From an uncultured Clostridia bacterium (GTDB lineage: Bacteria; Bacillota; Clostridia; Christensenellales; UBA1242): a stretch of DNA of 64,000 nucleotides. The stretch is from assembly GCA_944383295.1 (NCBI GenBank), contig CALWOW010000039.1:10015-74014 (forward strand), given 5' to 3'. The translations under genes were made by a program, and so were the position numbers. Every line of letters starts with the position of its first letter. Positions within the stretch are counted from its first letter, which is position 1. A model generated the notes under the pieces. It saw nothing but the letters and a program-made list of their open reading frames with translations, was not told the DNA's origin and did not search any database. Positions 27,711 to 36,112 of this stretch are shown here, piece after piece.

Positions 27711-28433
27711 TTATAAACTGCCAAAACGGCGTTTCCGCTTTTGAAATTCAATAAGCGCTTTTTGTAAATCTTTTTCACTAAACGCAGGCCAATATGTATT
27801 TGTAAAATAAAATTCACTATAAGCAAGTTGCCACAACATAAAATTACTTACTCGCATTTCACCGCTAGTACGAATGATAAAGTCTGGGTCAGGTAAATCT
27901 TTTGAGTATAACAATTTTGAAAATTCTTCCGCATTGTCTATAGGTTTCCCTGCAGAGATTGCTTTGTTTACCCCCATCAAGATTTCATCTCGACCGCCAT
28001 AATTTATTGCTAAATTTAACACAAACTTTTTACAATTTTTAGTTTTATCCACTATACGTTTAATTGACTCAACTAAATCATTTGGTAATTTTGTAAAATC
28101 ACCCGAAACAATAACTTTCGCATCTCTTTCTACAAATTGAGAACCGTCATCGTCTAGGTATTGTCTTACAACATTAAAAATGCCATCGATTTCCTCTTTC
28201 GGTCTTTTCCAATTTTCAGTTGAAAAGGTGAAAAAGGTAGCATATTTAATACCCAAATCGTATATATGTTGAATAATACGTTTAAGATTTTCACAACCCG
28301 CCTTATGTCCAAGATTGCGTGGTAGCCCTCTGCGAGTTGCCCAACGTCCATTGCCATCCATAATTATCGCAATATGTTTAGGCAATCGTGACAAATCTAA
28401 ATGTTTATTTATTTTTATTTTTGTAGATGCCAC
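27711..28433 (-). CDS. uppS: Undecaprenyl-diphosphate synthase (cis-prenyltransferase)
   Basis: HIAIIMDGNGRWA, FSTENWKRP, and IRTSGEMRVSNFMLWQLAYSE motifs. Confidence 0.95.
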   Translation of the reverse strand: MASTKIKINKHLDLSRLPKHIAIIMDGNGRWATRRGLPRNLGHKAGCENLKRIIQHIYDLGIKYATFFTFSTENWKRPKEEIDGIFNVVRQYLDDDGSQFVERDAKVIVSGDFTKLPNDLVESIKRIVDKTKNCKKFVLNLAINYGGRDEILMGVNKAISAGKPIDNAEEFSKLLYSKDLPDPDFIIRTSGEMRVSNFMLWQLAYSEFYFTNTYWPAFSEKDLQKALIEFQKRKRRFGSL

Positions 28434-28541
28434 ATTTTTCCCCTTTAAAAAAATTCTAGTATTGTCTGCCTAAACATAAAATTTAAGCACTCGTTTAAAA
28501 GTACTATATGCGTTCTTTCAAATAAAATACACAAAAAACGA

Positions 28542-29111
28542 TTAAACTTCAGTAATTTCTTTTTCTTTTGTAGTTAAACATTGTTCTACTTTGTCTGTAA
28601 ACTTATTTAAAATTTTTTGTACTTCATTTTCAGCGAGCTTCAATTCATCTTCTGTAATTTTCTTGTCATTTTTTAATTTTTTAAATTCGTCAAGGCATTC
28701 ACGTCTGCAGTTTCTCATAGAAACACGAGTATCTTCAGCAAATTTACGTACCATTTTCACAAGTTCTATACGACGTTCTTCTGTTGGTGCAGGGACAAAC
28801 AATCTTATCACTTTACCATCATCGCTAGGATTTAAACCTAAATCACTAGTTTGTATCGCCTTTAAAACTTCTTTTAGCATACTAATATCCCACAATGAAA
28901 CAGCAATAGTGCGTGGGTCTGGAGCACTAATATTAGCCATTTGATTTAATGGAGTCATAGTGCCATAATAATCAACCATAATTTTATCCAACAATCTTGG
29001 GTTTGCTCTACCTGCTCTTACCGCTCCAAATTCAGAGTTGAGATGGTCAAGACTTTTTTGTAATTGTTCAGTTAAACCGTTGTATAAAGAATCAGCATAT
29101 TCACTTAACAT
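28542..29111 (-). CDS. frr: Ribosome recycling factor
   Basis: 189 aa. FGAVRAGRANPRLLD, GLNPSDDGKVIRL, and PAPTEERR are typical RRF motifs. Confidence 0.95.
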   Translation of the reverse strand: MLSEYADSLYNGLTEQLQKSLDHLNSEFGAVRAGRANPRLLDKIMVDYYGTMTPLNQMANISAPDPRTIAVSLWDISMLKEVLKAIQTSDLGLNPSDDGKVIRLFVPAPTEERRIELVKMVRKFAEDTRVSMRNCRRECLDEFKKLKNDKKITEDELKLAENEVQKILNKFTDKVEQCLTTKEKEITEV

Positions 29112-29199
29112 AATAATCTCCTAAATTAATAATATAATCTATTTTACTTAATTTTTACGATTTTGGCAAATGTTTAATACAATTTTATTAATTATTATT

Positions 29200-29232
29200 A
29201 AAAAATAAAGAAGAATCTAAAATAGATTCCTC
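29200..29232 (-). terminator. Intrinsic terminator after tsf
   Basis: Minus-strand RNA reads GAGGAAUCUA-UUU-UAGAUUCUUC (10 bp, one G-U) followed by UUUAUUUUUU. Confidence 0.7.
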
Positions 29233-29241
29233 TTTTTATTA

Positions 29242-29892
29242 TTATTCGCCAGCAACTTGTTTTGCTACTTCTTCGGCAAAATTGTCAACTCTTTTTTCCA
29301 AACCTTCACCCATTTCGTAACGAACAAAACGACGAACTGTAAGCTTTTCACCAATAGTTAAAATAGCTTCGTTCAATACATCACGCATTGTCTTTGTAGG
29401 GTCACGGAAATATTCTTGGTCAAGCAAACAAACTTCTTTGAAGTACTTTTTGATACGACCTTCAACGATTTTTTGAGCCACTTGTTCAGGTTTCCCTTCA
29501 TTTAATGCCTGAGCAAGGTAAATCTTGCGTTCGTTTTCGATTGATTCTGCATCAACTTCATCCTCGCTAACAAACAAAGGCTTTGATGCTGCGATTTGCA
29601 ACGCAAAGTTGTGAGCAAGTTCTTTAAATACAGGGCTTTTAGCAACGAAATCAGTTTCACAGTTTAATTCTACGATTACACCGATTTTTCCACCTAAGTG
29701 AACGTATGCTTCAACGATACCTTCAGAAGCAATTCTGCCTTCCTTTTTAGCGGCAGCAGCCATACCTTTTTCACGCAACCATTTTGCAGCTTCGTCCATA
29801 TTCCCGTTGCATGCTTCTAATGCGTTTTTACAATCCAACATACCTGCTTGTGTACGTTGACGCAAAATTTTAATATCATCAGTTAAACTCAT
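29242..29892 (-). CDS. tsf: Elongation factor Ts (short form)
   Basis: UBA-like N-terminus (IKILRQRTQAGMLDCKNALEACNGNMDEAAKWLREKG). I place the start at the ATG at 29892 (GGAGG 5 nt upstream); the tracked start at 29904 is a TTG inside the RBS. Confidence 0.93.
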   Translation of the reverse strand: MSLTDDIKILRQRTQAGMLDCKNALEACNGNMDEAAKWLREKGMAAAAKKEGRIASEGIVEAYVHLGGKIGVIVELNCETDFVAKSPVFKELAHNFALQIAASKPLFVSEDEVDAESIENERKIYLAQALNEGKPEQVAQKIVEGRIKKYFKEVCLLDQEYFRDPTKTMRDVLNEAILTIGEKLTVRRFVRYEMGEGLEKRVDNFAEEVAKQVAGE

Positions 29893-29910
29893 AATTTCCT
29901 CCAAATTTTA

Positions 29911-30837
29911 TTATTCTGCTTGTTTAGTAGCTTCTGTTTCTTTAACTTTTTTTGTAGTAGTTGTAGTCTTTTTTGCTCTTGGTTTTTTAGGTTCAGCTTT
30001 TTCTGCTACAACTTCTTCTTTAACTTCTTCCTTTGGCTCTTCTTTAACTTCTTTTTCTTCTTTCTTTTTGAATACTTTTTTAGTTACAGCTTCACCTTCA
30101 TCATTAACTGTTTCAGTAATTTCTTCTGCTACTTCAGTCTTTTCTACTTCTGGAACATTACCTTGTTTTGCTTCTATTACTGCATTAGCAATAGTTTCTG
30201 CAATTAAGCGAACAGAACGAATAGCGTCGTCATTACCAGGTATTACTACATCAACAAGAGTTGGGTCACAGTTGGTATCAACTAAACCAACAACAGGAAT
30301 ACCTAAAGTCTTTGCTTCTTTAACTGCGATGTGTTCTTTCTTTAAGTCAACAACAAACATCAAACCTGGCATTGAAGTCATATCTTTGATACCGCCCAAG
30401 TTCTTTTCGAGTTTGTCTCTTTCTGCCTTCATTTTCAAAACTTCTTTTTTAGGGAAGAATTCAAATTCGCCAGTTTGTTCCATTTTGTTTAATTTGTTTA
30501 AACGGTCAACACGAGAACGAATTGTTTTGAAGTTTGTTAACGTACCACCCAACCAACGAGTGTTTACATAGTACATACCACAACGTTCTGCTTCTTCCTT
30601 AATAGCGTCACAGGCTTGCTTTTTAGTACCAACAAACAAAACAGTTTTACCCTTTGAGACCATATCACGAACATAGTCGTATGCTTGTTGCACCAAAACT
30701 ACAGTTTGCTCAAGGTCGATTATGTGTGTGTCATTACGAGCACAGAAAATGTATTTACTCATTCTTGGGTTCCATTGTCTGGTAGGGTGACCAAACTGAA
30801 CACCAGCTTCGAGTAATTGTTTTATTGAAATTGCCAC
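29911..30837 (-). CDS. rpsB: 30S ribosomal protein S2 with K/E-rich C-terminal extension
   Basis: Core begins (V)[28 protein letters not shown] start at 30837 with AAGGAGG 8 nt upstream; the tracked start at 30948 lies in the leader. The last ~65 aa are an acidic/lysine low-complexity tail. Confidence 0.93.
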   Translation of the reverse strand: MAISIKQLLEAGVQFGHPTRQWNPRMSKYIFCARNDTHIIDLEQTVVLVQQAYDYVRDMVSKGKTVLFVGTKKQACDAIKEEAERCGMYYVNTRWLGGTLTNFKTIRSRVDRLNKLNKMEQTGEFEFFPKKEVLKMKAERDKLEKNLGGIKDMTSMPGLMFVVDLKKEHIAVKEAKTLGIPVVGLVDTNCDPTLVDVVIPGNDDAIRSVRLIAETIANAVIEAKQGNVPEVEKTEVAEEITETVNDEGEAVTKKVFKKKEEKEVKEEPKEEVKEEVVAEKAEPKKPRAKKTTTTTKKVKETEATKQAE

Positions 30838-30955
30838 TTGGATAATCCTCCTTAATTCGTTTTTACTCCTCCCACTCACGTTAAAGCTCTTTGGCTCAAC
30901 CCTTTTAAAGGCAACGGTGCCAAAAATGGCGAATGGTGTGAATTTCAATGAAATA

Positions 30956-30984
30956 ATTTTAACATAACGACATTAAAAAATCAA
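30956..30984 (-). promoter_or_regulatory. Sigma-A promoter of rpsB-tsf
   Basis: TTGATT (30984..30979), a 17-nt spacer, then TAAAAT (30961..30956). This leaves a leader of ~110 nt. Confidence 0.6.
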
Positions 30985-31140
30985 GAGATAAAGACAATAA
31001 TTTTTTAAAAAATGTACACTTTTAAAACTTTTTTGTTTAAAAAATTATAAGGCACATTAAAATTCTTACCTAACTATTTGCTAAACAATAAAACTCAATT
31101 TGCTACTTCATTTTTTATTAAAAAATAAAACTTATCTTTT

Positions 31141-31698
31141 TTAGTTTTTATTGTCTCTTTTTGTTTTATAATTCATATAATCATTTTTCGTAATTTCAAA
31201 AACAGTAGCAGAACATTTTTCTCCTATTTGATTGACACACGAATTGTAAAAAGTTTTTACTCTTTTCATATTTAATTTTTTTTCATAAACATATTGAGAA
31301 CGAATATTTTTTAAATTTGTATCGCATTCAATTTTATCTACATTTTTAGTTTCAAACAAATAGCTAAACAATTCATTAAGTATAGCAACTCCATAGCCAT
31401 TGTTTTGAAAATCCTTATTGCAAATTTTTATTCCAAACTGTGCCATATTGTTTTTTATTTCAAAATTCATTTCTCCAATAGGAAGATTATCGCAATAAAT
31501 AATAAGCAACTGCCGTGTTTCGTTATTCTTTGAAATATTCTGTTTAACTTTTTCCAACGAAGTATTTACACCCAAAGGGAAACCCGCATGTGCCATTATT
31601 TCTCCATCATTCCACCAATATAGCAGTAGTGACGCCTCTTTATCTGTAGCGCTTGCAATTTTGATTGATTTCCCTTTGTACAAAAAATTTAATTCCAT
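31141..31698 (-). CDS. GNAT family N-acetyltransferase (RimJ/RimL-like)
   Basis: 185 aa with a GNAT acetyl-CoA region (FQNNGYGVAILNELFSYLF). Monocistronic. Confidence 0.7.
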   Translation of the reverse strand: MELNFLYKGKSIKIASATDKEASLLLYWWNDGEIMAHAGFPLGVNTSLEKVKQNISKNNETRQLLIIYCDNLPIGEMNFEIKNNMAQFGIKICNKDFQNNGYGVAILNELFSYLFETKNVDKIECDTNLKNIRSQYVYEKKLNMKRVKTFYNSCVNQIGEKCSATVFEITKNDYMNYKTKRDNKN

Positions 31699-31745
31699 AA
31701 TACCCTCTTTGACTTGTAATGTTAAAAATTAAATAAAATAAAACT

Positions 31746-31771
31746 AAAAAAGAACTTTAAAGTTCTTTTTT
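31746..31771 (-). terminator. Intrinsic terminator after the DUF1292 gene
   Basis: AAAAAGAACU-UUAA-AGUUCUUUUUU, symmetric, starting 2 nt after the stop. Confidence 0.75.
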
Positions 31772-31772
31772 A

Positions 31773-32099
31773 CTACTCTGCAATACCTTGCTCTTCTAAT
31801 AGTTTGTTGTAAACAGCAAAAACTTCATCAATGATTGCGTCGCTTTCTTCTACGATTAAAAGTTGGTCTTCATTGTCATCTTCTTCAAATGAAAATACTA
31901 TTGCTTCATCATCAGCCACGCCGTCCATTTTCTTTACAGGTTTTAAGATTGCATAAAGTTTTTCATTGTATGGTATCAAAGCGATTTGTTCAAACTCTAC
32001 AGGTTTTTCATTTTCATCATAAAGTGTAACTGGGTCACTATTTTCGGGGTCTAATAGTTGCAAAATTGGGTTGTCATTTTCTTCTTCTTTCTTTGCCAT
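31773..32099 (-). CDS. DUF1292 / UPF0473 family protein (YrzB-like)
   Basis: 108-aa acidic protein (…VEFEQIALIPYNEKLYAILKPV…EAIVFSFEED…). Lies downstream of ruvX, as yrzB does in Bacillus. Confidence 0.8.
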   Translation of the reverse strand: MAKKEEENDNPILQLLDPENSDPVTLYDENEKPVEFEQIALIPYNEKLYAILKPVKKMDGVADDEAIVFSFEEDDNEDQLLIVEESDAIIDEVFAVYNKLLEEQGIAE

Positions 32100-32111
32100 A
32101 ATCTTTTCTCC

Positions 32112-32528
32112 TTAAAATTTCTTATCTAAATAGTTTTGCAGAATTATACTTGCAGCAACTTTATCAATTACTTTTTTGCGCTTTTCCCTACTAACATCAG
32201 CACTAATAAGCATTTTTTCTGCGCTTACTGTACTTAGTCTTTCGTCTTGATAAACAATAGGAACAGTGACATAATTTTTTAAGTTGTCGCAAAATTTGTA
32301 AGTAAATTCAACACGCACGCCATCAGTCCCATCCATATTTTTAGGTAAACCAACGACAATAGTGTCAACATCTTTTTCTTTAACTAAATCTGCGATATAT
32401 TGCAAATCTTGCTCTAATGACTGCCTGCGATAATTAATAAAACCACTAGCAAACATCCCTAACAGGTCGCTAAAAGCGATACCAATATTGACATCACCTA
32501 GGTCTAATCCCATTTTTCGTGCCATCAT
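32112..32528 (-). CDS. ruvX: Putative pre-16S rRNA nuclease / Holliday junction resolvase-like YqgF
   Basis: MGLDLGDVNIGIAFSD, VVGLPKNMDGT, and DERLSTVSAE are YqgF family motifs. Confidence 0.9.
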   Translation of the reverse strand: MMARKMGLDLGDVNIGIAFSDLLGMFASGFINYRRQSLEQDLQYIADLVKEKDVDTIVVGLPKNMDGTDGVRVEFTYKFCDNLKNYVTVPIVYQDERLSTVSAEKMLISADVSREKRKKVIDKVAASIILQNYLDKKF

Positions 32529-32645
32529 TCAACCTCGATTAAGCAAAAGATTTGTTACCTAAATAATAACATATTATTTCAATTAATGCAAATCTTTAAA
32601 CATTTTTTTCTAAAATTATTTAAACAAACTAGGTGTGCTTAAACT

Positions 32646-33632
32646 TTAATATAATTCCGCTTCTCTATCTATAAATTTATCTACGTCATATTTACTGAAT
32701 AAATTTATTACATTAGATTTTTTACTACTAATTTTATGTTGTGTTTTTTGAGGATTAACAAATCGTAAACTTCCAAACAATCTAAAATTATTTTCTATCC
32801 TATAATTTGAGATTGTACACCCACCACCAGCAATTACGTTACCGCCAATATCACAATTATCTATTTTAGCATGTTCGCAAATTACTGCATTACCTCTTAT
32901 AACACTATTTCCCGACACACTCGCACCATCTTGCACTGTAGCGCCATCATAAACTATGGCATCTTTAAATATCCAACTATCACCGTATTGTGATAAGCAG
33001 TTTGGTGATTCAATTAGCCCACCCAACTCACCTGCTTTGACTTGTTGAAAACTATTATTAATGTTTCTTATTGCCATAATGCGGTATAAACCTGATTGAT
33101 TTTCATCTGGAAACAATATATATTTGCTTTTTTTACCTTTAAAATCATTATACTGCCCCTTACAATCTGTAATTGTGGCATACTTTATCTTCTTTATATC
33201 AAACAAAGCCGAATTTTCAAAAATTTTTGAGTTTAAAATCCATGATGGTCCGCCAACCGTAGCGTTATCACCTATCATTGAATTAATAATTTTTGCCCTA
33301 CCACAAACTGAGCTTCGACCAAAGGCAAACGAATTTATTAATATCGCAGAATTGCTAATCAAAGAATTATCGCATACTATACTGCCATTCGTTATTGCGC
33401 TTCTACCTCGAATTTGCGCATTATCTTTTGCAACGGAATCATCGAAAATCCAAGAATCGCTATACTGGTCCAGATTGCTTTCGCTCTGCACAAATCCACC
33501 CCATTCGCCCTTTTTAACAGTTCTATAAATATTAGGTATATCTCGCAATGCTTTAACTCTATATAAGATTACGCCATTAGGCTCTACCCTAAATTCGTCT
33601 TTTGCTAACATATATTTTTTAGACTTTTCCAT
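32646..33632 (-). CDS. YdcK-like left-handed beta-helix (hexapeptide-repeat) protein, internally duplicated
   Basis: Two ~150-aa modules (residues ~8-150 and ~170-300). Each begins LYR[VI].A[LI]R[DN]I...VK.GE.GG.[VI][QE]S..NL.QY.DSWIF.D and continues with hexapeptide-like repeats. The head motif resembles E. coli YdcK ([31 protein letters not shown]). Confidence 0.65.
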   Translation of the reverse strand: MEKSKKYMLAKDEFRVEPNGVILYRVKALRDIPNIYRTVKKGEWGGFVQSESNLDQYSDSWIFDDSVAKDNAQIRGRSAITNGSIVCDNSLISNSAILINSFAFGRSSVCGRAKIINSMIGDNATVGGPSWILNSKIFENSALFDIKKIKYATITDCKGQYNDFKGKKSKYILFPDENQSGLYRIMAIRNINNSFQQVKAGELGGLIESPNCLSQYGDSWIFKDAIVYDGATVQDGASVSGNSVIRGNAVICEHAKIDNCDIGGNVIAGGGCTISNYRIENNFRLFGSLRFVNPQKTQHKISSKKSNVINLFSKYDVDKFIDREAELY

Positions 33633-33647
33633 AAATTCACCTTTTTA

Positions 33648-33680
33648 TTAAAAAAAGCAAATCTTTGACGATTTGCTTTT
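33648..33680 (-). terminator. Intrinsic terminator after the 44-aa ORF
   Basis: Minus-strand RNA reads AAGCAAAUC-GUCAAA-GAUUUGCUU followed by UUUUUUAAU, starting 4 nt after the small-ORF stop. Confidence 0.75.
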
Positions 33681-33683
33681 ATT

Positions 33684-33818
33684 TTATAACTTAGCCACGT
33701 GTTCTTTAAGTTTCTCTTTACCTTTTTCAACCGCTTCACGAACAGGCTTACAGGTTTGTACCAAAACGGCACCAGCGAATGCGCCAAGAACCATTCCAAT
33801 CAAAACGCCATCACACAT
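33684..33818 (-). CDS. Small hydrophobic/amphipathic protein, 44 aa (below the ORF-track length cutoff)
   Basis: My hand translation gives MCDGVLIGMVLGAFAGAVLVQTCKPVREAVEKGKEKLKEHVAKL. GGAGGA lies 8 nt upstream of the ATG, and the ORF has its own terminator. It reads as one TM helix plus a charged helix. Confidence 0.55.
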   Translation of the reverse strand: MCDGVLIGMVLGAFAGAVLVQTCKPVREAVEKGKEKLKEHVAKL

Positions 33819-33924
33819 ACGAATATCCTCCTTTATTTTCTATCTATATTGTGTGTAGATTTTAATAAAATAAAAGAGTAAATATTTGGCAATTAATTTA
33901 ATATTGAATCATCAAGTTTTTTAA

Positions 33925-34314
33925 CTATTCCTTGTTGTTTGCCTCTTTTTCAAGTCGTTTATAATAGTCATCAACAGCATTTGTCAACGCAAGACTTGCT
34001 AAATTAAGACAATAATCTTTTTGAGGTGCAATTTCTCCTAACTCATTTAAAACTTCATTAATGTTGAAATTGATTAACTCATCAACAGTCATACCAACAA
34101 TCATTTTTGCAGTTGTTGAACAAACCGCAATTAAAGTTGCTCCGCCAAAAGTTTTAAACTTTGCATCTACAACTTTACCATTTTCAATAAGCAAGTAAAA
34201 TTTAACTATATCACTACAAATTTCGCTATCCGCTCTACCTATAGCATTTGCACCACGCAACATCCCTGCATTTTGAGGATTTTGCAATATTTCCATAATT
34301 TTGGGGTTATACAT
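33925..34314 (-). CDS. iscU: NifU/IscU-type Fe-S cluster scaffold
   Basis: YNPKIMEILQNPQNAGML, EICSD, FKTFGGATLIAVCS, and DYCLNLA, giving three Cys. I place the start at the ATG at 34314, 9 nt after AAGGAGG. Lies downstream of nifS. Confidence 0.85.
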   Translation of the reverse strand: MYNPKIMEILQNPQNAGMLRGANAIGRADSEICSDIVKFYLLIENGKVVDAKFKTFGGATLIAVCSTTAKMIVGMTVDELINFNINEVLNELGEIAPQKDYCLNLASLALTNAVDDYYKRLEKEANNKE

Positions 34315-34315
34315 A

Positions 34316-35497
34316 CTACTCATCCTCCTTTCCTACTTGAGATTTGCTCATTGCTGAAATCTTGCGCAATTTTTCGACACATTCGATTAATTTTTCAACG
34401 ACAAAGTCAAGTTCTTCCTTTGTAATATTTTTACCAAAGCTAAAACGAACCGCACCCTGTGCTAAATCAGGACTAACACCCATTGCGGTCAAAACGTGAC
34501 TATTTTCTATAGAACCAGATGAGCAAGCAGAACCTGTACTTACAGCAATTCCTGCCAAATCAAGCATATACATTAAACTTTCACCTTCAACCATACCAAA
34601 TGACAAGTTGACATTATTTGGCAATCTCTGTACAGGGTGACCGTTTAAATGCGTCATTGGTATATACTTACCAACTTGAGCGATAAAATAATCACGTAAA
34701 CCACGTAACTTTTTACTATTTACAATAATATCACGAGTAGCAATTTCAACAGCTTTACCAAGACCTACAATAGCAGGAACATTACTTGTACCTGCACGCA
34801 AGCCAAATTCTTGCTCGCCACCATTCATAAATGGGCTTATAACTACTCCGTTGTGGACATAAAGAGCGCCTACACCCTTTGGTCCGTTTAATTTATGTCC
34901 GCTAATACTCATTGCGTCAATACCCATTTCGTGAACATTCAAATTTATAGCACCGACAGCTTGTGTAGCATCAGTGTGGAAAATAACATTTTTCTCTTTT
35001 GCAATACTTGCTATTGCTTGTAAATTTTGAATAGTACCAACCTCATTGTTCGCTGCCATAATCGAAATCAAAATAGTATCAGCATTTACATAGTGTAATA
35101 ATTGGTCTATACGCACCAAACCAGTTTCATCAACATCTAAGTAAGTTACTCTAAATCCTTCTCTCTCCAACTTTTTGCAAGTTTCTAATATACTTGGATG
35201 CTCGATTTTAGAAGTAATTATGTGGTTCCCTTTGTGGCGATTTGCTTTGGCAATACCATTCAATGCCCAGTTGTTAGACTCGGTAGCTCCACTTGTAAAG
35301 TAAATTTCGTTAGCATCACAACCTAAAGCCTTTGCGATACGTTCACGTGCTAAATCTACACCTGCTTTTGCTTGTCTCCCAAAACTGTGTAAACTATTTG
35401 GATTACCGAAATCGCTAGTTAAATAAGGCATCATTTCATTTAGAACTTCACTAGACAATGGAGTAGTTGATGCATTGTCGAGATAAATTTTGTTCAT
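34316..35497 (-). CDS. nifS: Cysteine desulfurase (NifS/IscS class I)
   Basis: YLDNASTTP, PLP-lysine motif SISGHKLNGPKGVGALY, and active-site loop TGSACSSGS. I place the start at the ATG at 35497 (MNKIYLDNA). Confidence 0.93.
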   Translation of the reverse strand: MNKIYLDNASTTPLSSEVLNEMMPYLTSDFGNPNSLHSFGRQAKAGVDLARERIAKALGCDANEIYFTSGATESNNWALNGIAKANRHKGNHIITSKIEHPSILETCKKLEREGFRVTYLDVDETGLVRIDQLLHYVNADTILISIMAANNEVGTIQNLQAIASIAKEKNVIFHTDATQAVGAINLNVHEMGIDAMSISGHKLNGPKGVGALYVHNGVVISPFMNGGEQEFGLRAGTSNVPAIVGLGKAVEIATRDIIVNSKKLRGLRDYFIAQVGKYIPMTHLNGHPVQRLPNNVNLSFGMVEGESLMYMLDLAGIAVSTGSACSSGSIENSHVLTAMGVSPDLAQGAVRFSFGKNITKEELDFVVEKLIECVEKLRKISAMSKSQVGKEDE

Positions 35498-35537
35498 AGA
35501 CATTCCCCTTTTTTTGTTTTACGCTTTTGTATTTAAT

Positions 35538-35566
35538 ATTATATCACCATTTAACCAAACTGTCAA
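35538..35566 (-). promoter_or_regulatory. Sigma-A promoter of nifS-iscU
   Basis: TTGACA (35566..35561), a 17-nt spacer ending in TGA, then TATAAT (35543..35538). Both hexamers match the consensus exactly, with an extended -10. Confidence 0.8.
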
Positions 35567-35602
35567 TACTCATTTTGTAATCGCAATTTAATTCATTTTA
35601 AA

Positions 35603-35633
35603 TAAAAAAGCAACCTTTTACGGTTGCTTTTTA
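35603..35633 (-). terminator. Intrinsic terminator after trxA
   Basis: AAAAAGCAACC-GUAAAA-GGUUGCUUUUUU immediately after the trxA stop. Confidence 0.8.
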
Positions 35634-35960
35634 TTAATTTTCTAATTTTGAAACAATCATATCTTCAATTTGTGACTTTTGTCTAAAACCTACAGCACGT
35701 GCTGTTTCTGCACCTTTTTGGAACAAAATCATAGTAGGAACACTCATAATACCGTATTCTTGCGCAATGTCCATACATTCGTCGATATCAATTTTTGCAA
35801 CAACAACCTTGTCACCCATTTCTTGTTCGATTTGCTCTAAAATTGGAGAAAGCATTTTGCAAGGTCCACACCAAGTAGCGAAAAAGTCAGCCAAAACTGG
35901 TTTATCTCCGTTGATTATTACTTGTTCAAAATTATCTTTGTTGATATGAATTATAGCCAT
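35634..35960 (-). CDS. trxA: Thioredoxin
   Basis: 108 aa with a WCGPC active site. Confidence 0.96.
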   Translation of the reverse strand: MAIIHINKDNFEQVIINGDKPVLADFFATWCGPCKMLSPILEQIEQEMGDKVVVAKIDIDECMDIAQEYGIMSVPTMILFQKGAETARAVGFRQKSQIEDMIVSKLEN

Positions 35961-36112
35961 TTTTTATCTCCTTTTATATCTATAAGAGTATTACACTTAT
36001 AGTGATTTGTATTCATTACTATAAACTATTATAATTTTAAAATCAAATAAAAACACTGAAATTTTTTGATTTTACAAAAATAAGATTATTTGTCAAATTT
36101 TATAAACTTTCA

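Noticed and set aside
29911-30110. Periodic TTCTT/CTTT-rich DNA that at first looked like a short tandem repeat array
   Set aside because: It is the coding sequence of the K/E-rich S2 tail (an imperfect low-complexity region). It has no spacer and repeat organisation, so it is not CRISPR-like.
29920-30571. Plus-strand ORFs 29920..30207 and 30068..30571 antisense to rpsB
   Set aside because: These are the mirror image of the K/E-rich S2 tail and core. They give F/S-rich nonsense and have no translation signals.
30838-30948. 37-codon N-terminal extension of the tracked rpsB ORF
   Set aside because: It is leader RNA that happens to lack stop codons. The GTG at 30837 behind AAGGAGG aligns with the conserved S2 N-terminus.
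33124-33528. 134-aa plus-strand ORF antisense to the YdcK-like gene
   Set aside because: The minus-strand frame shows a clear repeated protein motif structure. The antisense frame has none, and no RBS.
33605-33799. Tracked 64-aa minus-strand ORF overlapping the start of the YdcK-like gene
   Set aside because: It has no RBS, runs through a terminator hairpin and overlaps the downstream gene. A different frame gives a 44-aa ORF (33684..33818) with a strong RBS and its own terminator, which I prefer.
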